Shown: one piece after another, positions 28,632 to 38,575 of the stretch | Position numbering within the stretch: position 1 is the stretch's first letter | How the letters are laid out: every line of letters starts with the position of its first letter | NCBI GenBank assembly: GCA_965116475.1 | Contig: OZ220691.1 | Location: 448,001-512,000 of the forward strand | DNA: 64,000 nucleotides | Direction: 5' to 3' | From: Gemmatimonadota bacterium | GTDB taxonomy: Bacteria; Gemmatimonadota; Gemmatimonadetes; Palauibacterales; Palauibacteraceae | Position numbers and translations under genes: made by a program | The notes under the pieces: model-generated | Databases searched by the model: none | What the model was told of the DNA's origin: nothing | What the model saw: the letters and a program-made list of their open reading frames with translations, nothing else

Positions 28632-30433
28632 AGCGGTACGGTCGCCCCCGGGTCGCCGCGCCCCGGGTCGCCGCGGCCGTGAAGCCGCCGGCGGTCGCGC
28701 TGCTGGCGGTACTTCTGAGCGGCGCGCTGTCCCCGGATTCGCCGGTCGCCGACGCGGCGATGACGGGCGACGTCGCCGCCGTGCGGGCGCTCCTCTCCGA
28801 CGGGGCGGACGTGAACGCGCCGCAGGGCGACGGCATGACCGCACTCCACTGGGCGGCCCGCGCCGCGAACGCCGACCTGGCCGGGCTGCTCCTCGAGGCC
28901 GGCGCGAATGTCGGCGCCAGCACCCGCATCGGCGCCTATACGCCGCTGCACCTCGCGAGCGAAGTCGGTAGCGCGCCGGTCGTGCGCCTCCTGCTCGACG
29001 GCGGCGCGGCGCAGACCGCCACCACCGACGACGTGGGCGGCGCCACTCCGCTGCACCTCGCCGCCGCCGCGGGCAGCGCGGACGCCGTTCGCCTGCTCCT
29101 CGAGCGCGGCGGCGACGCCGACGGCCGCGAGGCGCGCTGGGGCCAGACGCCCCTCATGTACGCGGCCGGCGGCGGCCGGGAAGCCGCGGTGCGCGCGCTG
29201 CTCGACGGCGGCGCGGATCCCGCCCTCGCCACCTGGGTGACCGACATCACGGCCGTGACCGAGTGGTCGCAGGCCGACCGCCGCGCTCGCGCGGCCCGGA
29301 TGCGTGGCGAGCCCGAGCCCCCCGTGCCGCCCCGCCCCGCCCCGTCCGACAAACCCCTGGTCGCCGGCCCGGAGGTCTCGGGCGCGCGTCCTGTCGTGGA
29401 GGATGAAGAGGGGTACGAGCGTCCGATCGAGGAGCCCGAGCCGCTCGGCTACGGCGACCTGATCGGCGGCCACGGCGGCATGACCGCCCTGCTTCACGCC
29501 GCCCGCGAGGGGCACGCCGGCTCCGTGCGCGCGCTCATCGAGGGCGGGGCGGACGTCGACCAGGTGAGCGGCGGCGACCGCACGAGCCCCATGCTCATCG
29601 CGATGATCAACGGCCACTTCGACCTCGCCATGGAACTGTTCGAGGCAGGAGCCGATCCCCGACTCGCCTCTGCCGCCGGCGCGACCCCGCTCTTCGCCGC
29701 CCTCAACGCCCACTGGGCGCCGAAGTCGCGTTACCCGCAGCAGCACGCCTACGGGCAGCAGCGACACAGCTATCTGGACGTCATGCGGCGCCTGCTCGAC
29801 GCCGGCGTGGATCCCAACGCCCGCCTCGAGAAGCACCTGTGGTGGGTGTCGTACAACTTCGACCTCCTGCAGATCGACCTGAAGGGCGCGACCCCCTTCT
29901 GGCGCGCCGCCTACTCGCTGGACGTGGAGGCGATGAAGCTCCTGGTCGAGTACGGCGCCGACCCCCACCTCGCCACGATCAAGGTGCCCCCGCGGCGGCT
30001 CCCGGCCTGGGACCGCGAGAAGCGCGACCTGTCCGGCGTTCCCCCGGTGCCCGTGGGCGGCCCCGCCGACTACCCGATCCACGCCGCGACCGGCATCGGG
30101 TACGGCCAGGGCTTCCCCAGCAACGCCCACCGGTACGTCCCGGACGGCTGGCTGCCCGCCGTCCGCTATCTCGTCGAGGAACTCGGCGCCGACGTGAACC
30201 AGCGCGACGACGAGGGCTACACGCCGCTCCACAACGCGGCCTCGCGCGGCGACCTCGAGGTCATCCGCTTCCTCGTCGAGCACGGCGCGGACCCGACCGC
30301 CGTGAGCCGCGTGGGCCAGACCACCGCGGACATGGCCAACGGCCCCTACCAGCGCACCCAGCCCTTCCCGGAGGCCGTCGCCCTGCTCGAGAGCCTCGGC
30401 TCGAAGAACAATCACAACTGCGTGTCCTGCTGA
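28628..30433 (+). CDS. Exported ankyrin-repeat protein
   Basis: Repeated TALHWAA/TPLHLA/TPLMYAA/TPLHNAA ankyrin motifs; hydrophobic signal-like segment; ends NNHNCVSC; GTGA overlap. Confidence 0.9.
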   Translation: MKRYGRPRVAAPRVAAAVKPPAVALLAVLLSGALSPDSPVADAAMTGDVAAVRALLSDGADVNAPQGDGMTALHWAARAANADLAGLLLEAGANVGASTRIGAYTPLHLASEVGSAPVVRLLLDGGAAQTATTDDVGGATPLHLAAAAGSADAVRLLLERGGDADGREARWGQTPLMYAAGGGREAAVRALLDGGADPALATWVTDITAVTEWSQADRRARAARMRGEPEPPVPPRPAPSDKPLVAGPEVSGARPVVEDEEGYERPIEEPEPLGYGDLIGGHGGMTALLHAAREGHAGSVRALIEGGADVDQVSGGDRTSPMLIAMINGHFDLAMELFEAGADPRLASAAGATPLFAALNAHWAPKSRYPQQHAYGQQRHSYLDVMRRLLDAGVDPNARLEKHLWWVSYNFDLLQIDLKGATPFWRAAYSLDVEAMKLLVEYGADPHLATIKVPPRRLPAWDREKRDLSGVPPVPVGGPADYPIHAATGIGYGQGFPSNAHRYVPDGWLPAVRYLVEELGADVNQRDDEGYTPLHNAASRGDLEVIRFLVEHGADPTAVSRVGQTTADMANGPYQRTQPFPEAVALLESLGSKNNHNCVSC

Positions 30434-30461
30434 GCCGCAGCCCGCCCGCATCAGTCCAGCC

Positions 30462-32453
30462 ATGATCACCGTCTCAGGCCTCGGGAAGGCGTTCGGCGGC
30501 CAGGTTCTCTTCCGCGACGCGACCTTCCTCCTCAACCCCGGCGCGTGCTACGGCCTCGTGGGCGCGAACGGATCCGGCAAGACCACGCTTCTCAACATCC
30601 TCGGCGGCACCGAGGACCCGACGGAGGGATCCGTCACCATCCCGAAACGCCTCCAGGTCGGCGTCCTGCGCCAGGACCACTTCCTCCACGATGACGAGGA
30701 GATCCTCGGCGCCACGCTCATGGGGAACCCCGACCTGTGGCGCGCCATGGTCGAGCGGGAGGCGCTCGTCGAGGCGGAGGATGGAGACTTCGACGCCGAC
30801 CGCTTCTCCGAACTCGAGGAGATCTTCCAGCGCCACGACGGCTACACGGCGGAGGCCCGTGCGGGCGAGATCCTCGAGGGCCTCGGCTTCCCCAGCGACA
30901 TCCACCGCCGTCCGCTCTCCACCCTCTCGGGCGGGTTCAAGCTCCGGGTGCTGCTCGCCCAGGCGCTCGCCGGGGCGCCCGACGTCCTCCTCCTCGACGA
31001 GCCCACGAACCACCTCGACATCCTCTCCATCCGCTGGCTCGAGAAGTTCCTGCGGGAGTTCAAGGGGGCGATCGTCGTCATCTCCCACGACCACCGCTTT
31101 CTCGACAATATCGCCACGCACATCCTCGACATCGACTACGAGACGGTCACGACATACAGGGGCAACTATGACGACTACCTGGGCCGAAAGAAGGAGGACC
31201 AGGAGAGACGGGAGAAGGAACTCGCGAACCGCGAGCGCGAGATCGCCCACCACCGACAGTTCGTCGACCGCTTCCGGGCCAAGGCGAGCAAGGCGCGACA
31301 GGCCCAGAGCAAGCTGCGTCTCATAGAGAAGAAGGCGGAGGCGCTGCAGCCGCTCCCGGCCTCCTCGCGCCGCTATCCGAACTTCCGCTTCGAGTCGCGC
31401 CGCCCGAGCGGGCGCACGGTCCTCGGAGTCGAGGGCGTGAAGAAGGCGTTCGGCGACGGCGAAGAACTGAACGAAGTCCTCCACGGCGTCGACCTGGCCC
31501 TCGAGCGCGGCGACCGCATGGCGATCATGGGCCCCAACGGGATCGGCAAGTCCACCCTGCTCAAGATCGTCATGGGCGAACTCGCCTCCGACGCCGGCCG
31601 CGTGACATGGGGCTACGAGACGCACCCGAGCTATTTCGCGCAGGACCAGGAGGCCCGCTTCGACTCGCCGGGGCAGACCGCCGAAGACTGGATCGCGGGT
31701 TTCTGCCCCGGCCGGACCCTCGGGTTCGTGCGCGGCGAGATGGGGCGTGTGCTCTTCTCCGGCGACGACGCCAAGAAACGGGTCGGCAACCTTTCCGGCG
31801 GCGAGGCCGCCCGCCTCGCCTTCTGCCGCATGGCGATCGAGCGGCCCAACGTCCTCGTCCTCGACGAGCCCACGAACCACCTCGACCTTGAGTCCATCGA
31901 GTCCCTCGTCGAGGCCCTCCGGAGCTACGACGGCACGCTCATCCTCGTCTCGCACGACCGCTGGTTCGTCTCGCAGCTCGCGACCCGCATCGTCGAGATC
32001 TCCGAGGACGGGATCCGCGACTTCCGGGGAAGCTACGAGGAATACGTCCACTACTGCGGAGACGACCACCTCGACGTCGACACCGTCGTCCTCAAGGCCC
32101 GGAAGGAGAAGCGCGCCGCCCGAGCCGCCGCCGAGACTCGCGATGCCGGCACCCAGTCCGCCCGGGGGAACTCACGCCGCGGTGCCGACGCGGGAATCGC
32201 GCGGGGCAACCGGAACCGTTACAGGGGCGGCTCGCTGCGGAAGAAGCTGAACGACACCACCCGGCGGATCGAAGCGGCCGAGACCCGCCTCGCCGAAATC
32301 GACGCGATCTTCGCCGGCCCCGCCTTCTACGCCGAGACCCCAGTCGAGGAAGTCCGCGCACTCGAGGCCGAGCGTGCCTCCCGCCAGCAGGAACTCGACG
32401 AACTCATCGCCGCCTGGGAACGCATCGAGACCGAGCTCGCCCACCTCGACTGA
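30462..32453 (+). CDS. ABC-F family ATPase (YbiT/Uup-like)
   Basis: Two ABC domains (GANGSGKTT/LSGG/LLLDEPTNHLD; GPNGIGKST/LSGGE/LVLDEPTNHLD), no TM segments, C-terminal coiled coil. Confidence 0.93.
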   Translation: MITVSGLGKAFGGQVLFRDATFLLNPGACYGLVGANGSGKTTLLNILGGTEDPTEGSVTIPKRLQVGVLRQDHFLHDDEEILGATLMGNPDLWRAMVEREALVEAEDGDFDADRFSELEEIFQRHDGYTAEARAGEILEGLGFPSDIHRRPLSTLSGGFKLRVLLAQALAGAPDVLLLDEPTNHLDILSIRWLEKFLREFKGAIVVISHDHRFLDNIATHILDIDYETVTTYRGNYDDYLGRKKEDQERREKELANREREIAHHRQFVDRFRAKASKARQAQSKLRLIEKKAEALQPLPASSRRYPNFRFESRRPSGRTVLGVEGVKKAFGDGEELNEVLHGVDLALERGDRMAIMGPNGIGKSTLLKIVMGELASDAGRVTWGYETHPSYFAQDQEARFDSPGQTAEDWIAGFCPGRTLGFVRGEMGRVLFSGDDAKKRVGNLSGGEAARLAFCRMAIERPNVLVLDEPTNHLDLESIESLVEALRSYDGTLILVSHDRWFVSQLATRIVEISEDGIRDFRGSYEEYVHYCGDDHLDVDTVVLKARKEKRAARAAAETRDAGTQSARGNSRRGADAGIARGNRNRYRGGSLRKKLNDTTRRIEAAETRLAEIDAIFAGPAFYAETPVEEVRALEAERASRQQELDELIAAWERIETELAHLD

Positions 32454-32459
32454 AGGCAT

Positions 32460-32482
32460 CCGACGGGGACCCGGACCGTCGG
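32460..32482. terminator. Hairpin between convergent ABC-F and SLC13 genes
   Basis: CCGACGG-ggacccgga-CCGTCGG. Confidence 0.45.
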
Positions 32483-32498
32483 TCGCGCGTGGCCGCCG

Positions 32499-34868
32499 CT
32501 ACAGCGGCCAGACGATGGGGAGGAAGAAGACGGCCATCAGCAGCATGAGCACGAAGAGCGGCGCGCCGACCTTCGTGTAGTCCACGACCTTGTAGCCGCC
32601 CACACCCATCACGAGCAGGTTCACCGGGTGGCCGAAGGGGCTGAGGAAGGCGCAGGAGGAGCCCACCGCCACGACCATGAGCAGCGCCCGCGCCGAGAGG
32701 TCCAGCTCGGACGCGGCACTGAGCGCGATCGGCGCCACGAGCACCGCGACCGCCGAGGTAGGGACGAACTGCGCCGCGAGCGCGCAGATGAGGAAGATGC
32801 TCGCGATGAGGATCCGCGGTCCCATCTCCGCCGCCCGCCCCACGACTTCGCGCGCGATGAGTTCCGCCGTGCCGGAGTCCTCCATGGCGAGACCCAGCGC
32901 CAGCATCCCGCCCAGGAGCATGACGACCCGCCACTCGACGAACGTGTAGACCTCGTTCCCCTTCACGCACCCTGTACACACCATCAGAAGCGCGCCGAGC
33001 AGCGCCGCGATGTACACGGGGAGCAGGTTGAGGGACGCCGCCAGGATGAAGCCCACCATGATCGCGCTGGCGATCCACGCCTTGTGGACGCGGAACACCT
33101 CGTGGAGTTGCCCGTGGAGGACGAGGAAGCGCGGATCGCGGGCGAGGAGCGCGATCTTCTTCCGGTGGCCGTAGACGAGGAGCGCGTCCCCGAACTCGAG
33201 CGCCGTGCGCGAGATGCGGATGTTCGAGTGGAAGGCCCGCCCGCCCCGGAAGATCGAGAGCAGGTTCAGTCCGTAGGATTCGCGGAAGAGGATATCGCGC
33301 AGCGTCTTACCGACCAAGTCGGAACTCGGAGCCAGCGTCACCTCCGCGAACCCTGTGTCCTCCGACTCCAGCTCGCCGACCGAGGGCCGTTCGTCCGCCG
33401 GGACCAGCGCCTGCAGCGCCTCCAGCACGGCGAAGCAGGCCGGGGCCCCCTCCACGATGAGGCGGTCGCCGGCCCGCATCCTCTCCGACGCGTGCGGGAG
33501 GGCGATGTCGCCGTCCTCGCGCTCGATCTCCAGCACCGTGAGATCGAAGGCGCGCCGCAGGCGGGACGCGGCGAGCGTCTGCCCGTCCAGCCAGGACCCA
33601 TCCGGGACATGGAGCCGCATCAGCCGTCGGTACAGCTCGTACTCCTCGGTCGCGGAACCGATATCCGTCCAGCCGATCGATGAGAATTCCGTCGCGTAGC
33701 GGAGTTGCTGGAGCTGGTCCTCGCGGCCCAGGAGGAGGAGCGCGTCCCCGGCCTCGAGCCGCACGGTCGGGGACAACCCCCTCAGGACCCGGCCGCCGCG
33801 CCGAATGGCGACGACGTGCGCCTGGAACCGGTTGCGGAAATCGATGCTTCGCACCGTGCTGTCGACGAGGCCCGACTGCTCGGCGATCTCGACTTCGGCG
33901 AGCACCGTCGTGTCCTTCACGAGACGTCCCAGGGCATCGTTCGATTCCCTGTGCCTGACGAGGTGACCCCAGGCGCGCAGGCGGTCGAGCGCTTCGATCC
34001 GCCCCTCGAGGATGAGCACGTCGTCGCTCCGAAGCCGGAAACCGCGCTCCGGCGCCCGCACCAGGTGCCCCCGGCGGCGCACGGCCAGAAGATCGTACCC
34101 CAGCGCCTGTCCGAGCCGCGCCTCGACGAGCGAACACCCGTCGAGCGCGGAACCCGATGGAATCCGGAGCGCGAGCAGCGACTCCCCGAGATGGTAGCGG
34201 CCGGTGAGGTCGATCTCATCTCCCCCTTCGTCGCCCCTTTCGTCGTCCCCGGTGGAACGGTCCGGAAGGAAGTGCCTGCCGGCGAGGACCACGTACAGGA
34301 CCCCCAGCGCGAGCGCCGTCGCACCGACGGGCGTGAAGGCGAAGAAACCGAATCCCCCCTGCCCCATGCGTTCGAGTATGCTCGAGAGGAGGATGTTGGG
34401 CCCCGTGCCGATGAGCGTCGTCATGCCGCCGAGGAGCGCGGCGAAGGAAAGCGGGATCAGGAGTCGGGAGGGGCGCATGCCGAGCCGGCGGGAGATCTCG
34501 ATCACGACCGGGATGAGGAGCGCGACCGCCGCCGTGTTGTTCATCACCCCCGACATCAATCCCGAGGTGAGCATCAGCAGCGCCGTGACCCGCACGGGTG
34601 AATCCCCCGCCAGCCGCAACACCTGGGCGCCGACGACGTTCGCGACGCCGGTCTTGTAGAGCCCGCCGCTGAGCACGAGCACGGCCGCGATCGTGACCAC
34701 GGCGGGGTTGGCGAACCCTTCGATGGCGCGCGCCATCGGGATGACGCCGGAGATCGCCAGGGAGAGGAGCACCATGAGCGCCACGCCGTCGTAGCGGACC
34801 CATTCCGTGACGAAGAGGACGACCGCCACCGCGACGATGGCAAGGACGATGACGACGTCGGCCGTCAC
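32499..34868 (-). CDS. SLC13/CitMHS-family permease with multiple TrkA-C (RCK_C) domains
   Basis: SGVMNNTAAV, LLGGMTTLIGTGPN, four RCK_C-like repeats, FLSPFGHPVNLLVMGVGGY. Confidence 0.88.
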   Translation of the reverse strand: MTADVVIVLAIVAVAVVLFVTEWVRYDGVALMVLLSLAISGVIPMARAIEGFANPAVVTIAAVLVLSGGLYKTGVANVVGAQVLRLAGDSPVRVTALLMLTSGLMSGVMNNTAAVALLIPVVIEISRRLGMRPSRLLIPLSFAALLGGMTTLIGTGPNILLSSILERMGQGGFGFFAFTPVGATALALGVLYVVLAGRHFLPDRSTGDDERGDEGGDEIDLTGRYHLGESLLALRIPSGSALDGCSLVEARLGQALGYDLLAVRRRGHLVRAPERGFRLRSDDVLILEGRIEALDRLRAWGHLVRHRESNDALGRLVKDTTVLAEVEIAEQSGLVDSTVRSIDFRNRFQAHVVAIRRGGRVLRGLSPTVRLEAGDALLLLGREDQLQQLRYATEFSSIGWTDIGSATEEYELYRRLMRLHVPDGSWLDGQTLAASRLRRAFDLTVLEIEREDGDIALPHASERMRAGDRLIVEGAPACFAVLEALQALVPADERPSVGELESEDTGFAEVTLAPSSDLVGKTLRDILFRESYGLNLLSIFRGGRAFHSNIRISRTALEFGDALLVYGHRKKIALLARDPRFLVLHGQLHEVFRVHKAWIASAIMVGFILAASLNLLPVYIAALLGALLMVCTGCVKGNEVYTFVEWRVVMLLGGMLALGLAMEDSGTAELIAREVVGRAAEMGPRILIASIFLICALAAQFVPTSAVAVLVAPIALSAASELDLSARALLMVVAVGSSCAFLSPFGHPVNLLVMGVGGYKVVDYTKVGAPLFVLMLLMAVFFLPIVWPL

Positions 34869-37147
34869 GGCCCCGGCCCCTGTCCCGGCCGCTGTCCCGG
34901 CCGCTGCATCGTCGACACCGCCTGCGCGAGCCCGCGGGCGGCGCGCGTCCCGGCGTGGCGCCGTCGGCCGAGGAGGATGAGGGGCACGTCCGTCCTCCGG
35001 GCCACCTCGAGGGCCAAGGCGCCGATCTCGGGCTCGCCTCGGGCGCGGCGTTCCATTCCCATCACCACGAGATCGCTCTCCTGCCCCAGGCGCACCACCG
35101 GTTCGACGGGGTCGTCGGTGTATTCGAAGCTCACCTCATGCGGCCCCGCGGCCTCGTCTCGGGCGAGTCGGCGGATGCCGCGCTCGACCCGCCGACGCCG
35201 GTCGGGCGGCAAGTCGGATGGGAGCGAACGCAGGAACGTGACCCACGGCTCCGAGGAACGCGACAGGCTGCCGAGCAGGCGGGCGCGCAGTTCGCTGTGG
35301 TCGCGCCGTCCTCTCACCGGGACAAGAACGCGCCTCGTCTCCGCGATCCGCCAGCCGGGCGGCGCGCGAAGGATGGCGACATCCGCGTCGATCTCCGAGA
35401 CGAGACGTTCGAGATGCGCTTCGACCCGCGGCTCCGTGAGCCGGGTCAAGCCCAGGAGTACCGTGTCGCAGCGGTGGCTGTTGGCCACCCGGGCGATTTC
35501 CCTCCACACGTCGGACGCAACCGTGAACAGCGCCTCCGGGTTGACCGAGCCTTCGAGTCCCTGCCTCACGGACTCTCCGAGGATGTCCTTGGCATCCTGC
35601 ACGACCGCGTCGAGGGAGACGGCGGGACGCCCCTCGCGGGGAATCACCGACAACAGCAGGACCCGCCCGACACCCGGCGCGCGCACGGTGGCGGCCACGT
35701 CCGCCAGACTCGCCGCACTTGCGGGATTCGCGATCGGCATCAGGACCAGGGGGCTGCGGCCGCGCAGCCGCGCCAGGTCGGGGTCCCGGGCCTGGGCGCT
35801 CGCGTCGGCAAGGCGGGCGCCCGGCGCGAGGAACGTGAGGTAGAGCACCGCCCCGAGCCCGAGCCACACCGCGACGACGCGCCCCGCCTCCGGCACCGCG
35901 ATGGCCTGGAAGATCGCCAGTCCCAGGCAGAGGGCCGCACCCACCACCGGGAGCGTGGCCGGCCGCGGGTGCCCCGAGCGCAGGCGGGCCAGCATCGCGG
36001 CCCAGTGCACCATGGCGAACGTGATGAGAAAAATCAGGCTCGATGCGGCGCCGGCCGCGGCGACGTTTCCCACCGCGACGGCGATGAGCATCATCATCGC
36101 GCCCGTCGCGGCCACGGCGACCGCGGGCGTCCCCGTGCGTGCCCGCACCTCGCCCACGTGATGCGGCAGCGTCCGGTCCCGCGCCATCGAGAACGCGACG
36201 CGCGAGGCTCCGAACAGGTTCGCGTGCAGCGCCGACAGCATCGACAGGAGCCCCGCCCCGATCACCAGCCAGTACCCGGCCGCACCCATGAAGCGCTCCG
36301 CCGCCACGGCCACGAGTTCCTCCGGGTGCGCCTCCGCCGCGGCCTGGATCCCCTCGGGCGGCGCGCCGACCGTCGCGACCACGATCAGGAGCGGGATGTA
36401 GACGACGAGCGCAATCCCGAGCGACAGGTACATCGCCCGCGGCACGGTGCGCTCCGGATCCCGGACCTCCCCTCCCACGGCGGCGATGAGGTCGAAGCCC
36501 TGCAGGGCGATGAAGGTATAGCCCATGGCCTGCAGCAGGCCGAGCGAGCCTTCCGGGGCGAACGGGCTCAGGCGCCCCAGCGCCTCGGCGGGAGCACCGG
36601 CCGAGCCGACGAGCCAGGCGACGAAGCCCCCGGCAATGAGCACGGCGAACACGACGACCTTGCCGATCGTGGCCGCGTTGCCTCCGCCGGCGGTGCGCTG
36701 CACGAGGAGGATCGAGTAGCCGACGACCGCCGCGATCGCGAGCCCGATCCGCGTCCCGCCGTGTCCGAGCCAGTCCGCGGACCCCCCGAGCGACGGCGCC
36801 AGGCGCTGCAGGCCTTCGACCAGGAACGCCGCGAAACCCAGCGCGTAGAGCACGCCCGCGACGATGGAGGCGAACCAGACCACCCACCCCACGATGAAGG
36901 CGACTTCGATGGAGAGCACCTTCTTCGCGTATGTGTAGATGCCGCCCGATTCCGGGAAGCGGCGCGCGAGGCGGGCGAAGCTCAGCGCGGTGAGGAACGC
37001 GATCCCCCCGTTGAGGCCGAAGGCGAGCATGGCGGCCGGACCCGCGGTCGCGAACGCGACGCCCGCGAGCGCGAGGACCCCGCCGCCCACGATCGCGCCG
37101 ACGCCGAGCGCCGTCGCGCCGTAGAGCCCCATGTGCCGTTCGCTCAT
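34865..37147 (-). CDS. APC amino acid permease fused to C-terminal universal-stress-protein domains
   Basis: GAIVGGGV, PESGGIYTY, GFDLIAAVGGEVRDP, SRVAFSMARD; USP tails VLMPIANP, VLVPVRG, SDLVVMG; GTGA overlap with the downstream gene. Confidence 0.88.
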   Translation of the reverse strand: MSERHMGLYGATALGVGAIVGGGVLALAGVAFATAGPAAMLAFGLNGGIAFLTALSFARLARRFPESGGIYTYAKKVLSIEVAFIVGWVVWFASIVAGVLYALGFAAFLVEGLQRLAPSLGGSADWLGHGGTRIGLAIAAVVGYSILLVQRTAGGGNAATIGKVVVFAVLIAGGFVAWLVGSAGAPAEALGRLSPFAPEGSLGLLQAMGYTFIALQGFDLIAAVGGEVRDPERTVPRAMYLSLGIALVVYIPLLIVVATVGAPPEGIQAAAEAHPEELVAVAAERFMGAAGYWLVIGAGLLSMLSALHANLFGASRVAFSMARDRTLPHHVGEVRARTGTPAVAVAATGAMMMLIAVAVGNVAAAGAASSLIFLITFAMVHWAAMLARLRSGHPRPATLPVVGAALCLGLAIFQAIAVPEAGRVVAVWLGLGAVLYLTFLAPGARLADASAQARDPDLARLRGRSPLVLMPIANPASAASLADVAATVRAPGVGRVLLLSVIPREGRPAVSLDAVVQDAKDILGESVRQGLEGSVNPEALFTVASDVWREIARVANSHRCDTVLLGLTRLTEPRVEAHLERLVSEIDADVAILRAPPGWRIAETRRVLVPVRGRRDHSELRARLLGSLSRSSEPWVTFLRSLPSDLPPDRRRRVERGIRRLARDEAAGPHEVSFEYTDDPVEPVVRLGQESDLVVMGMERRARGEPEIGALALEVARRTDVPLILLGRRRHAGTRAARGLAQAVSTMQRPGQRPGQGPGP

Positions 37148-37291
37148 CCCCGAGCCCCTGAAGGTGGAGGCCGTCGTACCGGCCCTTGCCGGTAACCGCG
37201 CCGCTGGCGGCGCCCGTTGTTTCCGCCGGAAGGCCCGCTAATCTTGGGGTCCGCCCCGACAATGTCACCCCGACCGCGACGCGGAGCCCGC

Positions 37292-38539
37292 GTGAACGCC
37301 CCAGCCCTCTTCTCGACACGGTCCCTCGAACTCCAGGCCCGCGTGCGCGAGTTCATGGAGACACATGTTCACCCCAACGAGGAGACCTTCCATCGGGAAC
37401 TCGACGGGGCGGAGAACCGGTTTTCCACGCCTCCGATCCTCGAAACGCTGAAGGCGCGGGCGCGGGAGGAGGGGCTGTGGAACCTCTTCCTCCCCCCCGA
37501 CGCGGAGCCGGGAGACGGCCGGGACACGAATCCGGATCCCCGCTCCGGCGCGGGGTTGTCGAACCTCGAGTACGCGCTCATCTGCGAGGTCATGGGACGC
37601 GTGGAATGGGCGCCCGAGGTCTTCAACTGCAACGCACCGGACACGGGCAACATGGAGACGCTGGCCCGCTACGGGACGCCGGCACAGCGAAAGGAGTGGC
37701 TCGAGCCGCTGCTGGCCGGAGAGATCCGCTCGTCGTTCGCCATGACGGAGCCGGACGTCGCGTCGTCGGACGCGACGAACATCCGCTCCTCCATCGTCCG
37801 CGACGGCGACGAGTGGGTCATCAACGGCCACAAGTGGTGGGCGACGCAGGCCCCCCGGGCGGAGTGCCGGCTGTTCATCTTCATGGGCAAGACGGACCCC
37901 GGCGCGCCGCGCCACCGGCAGCAGTCGATGGTGCTCGTACCGCGCGCCGCCGCCGGCATCGAGGTCGTGCGGCCGCTCGGCGTGTTCGGCTACGACAGCG
38001 CCCCGGTCGGCCACGGCGAGGTGCGCTTCACCGACGTCCGCGTGCCCGCCGGCAACATGCTCCTCGGCCCGGGCCGTGGGTTCGAGATCGCGCAGGGCCG
38101 CCTCGGCCCCGGCCGCATCCACCACTGCATGCGGCTCATCGGCGTCGCCGAGCGCGCGATCGAGGACATGGCCGAACGCGCGCGGACCCGCGTCGCCTTC
38201 TCCGGCCCCCTCGCCGAGAAGGGCGCCCTCCGCCACGCGCTCGCCGAGTGCCGCATCGCCGTGGACCAGGCCCGGCTCCTCACCCTGCACGCCGCCCACA
38301 TGATGGACACCGTCGGCAACAAGGCGGCGCGCCGCGAGATCGCCATGATCAAGGTCGTCGCGCCCCGCATGGCCTGCCGCGTCCTCGACCAGGCGATCCA
38401 GGTCCACGGCGCCCTCGGCGTGAGTCCCGACACGTGGCTCGCCGCGGCCTACGCGCACTCCCGCACCCTGCGCCTCGCCGACGGCCCCGACGAGGTCCAC
38501 CTGGAGGCGCTCGCGAAGCTGGAACTGCGCGGGTCATAG
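37292..38539 (+). CDS. Acyl-CoA dehydrogenase, ACAD10/11 (LvaC-like) subfamily
   Basis: [57 protein letters not shown] 37292 follows GGAG; ATG 37262 is an alternative. Confidence 0.9.
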   Translation: MNAPALFSTRSLELQARVREFMETHVHPNEETFHRELDGAENRFSTPPILETLKARAREEGLWNLFLPPDAEPGDGRDTNPDPRSGAGLSNLEYALICEVMGRVEWAPEVFNCNAPDTGNMETLARYGTPAQRKEWLEPLLAGEIRSSFAMTEPDVASSDATNIRSSIVRDGDEWVINGHKWWATQAPRAECRLFIFMGKTDPGAPRHRQQSMVLVPRAAAGIEVVRPLGVFGYDSAPVGHGEVRFTDVRVPAGNMLLGPGRGFEIAQGRLGPGRIHHCMRLIGVAERAIEDMAERARTRVAFSGPLAEKGALRHALAECRIAVDQARLLTLHAAHMMDTVGNKAARREIAMIKVVAPRMACRVLDQAIQVHGALGVSPDTWLAAAYAHSRTLRLADGPDEVHLEALAKLELRGS

Positions 38540-38575
38540 CGACCGCGCGGGACCGGCGGAAGCGAGTCTCCGGGC

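Noticed and set aside
28628..30433. Ankyrin protein as a eukaryote-like host-interaction effector
   Set aside because: It is translationally coupled to DUF1552 in a trio also known from free-living bacteria, so a role within that system is more parsimonious.
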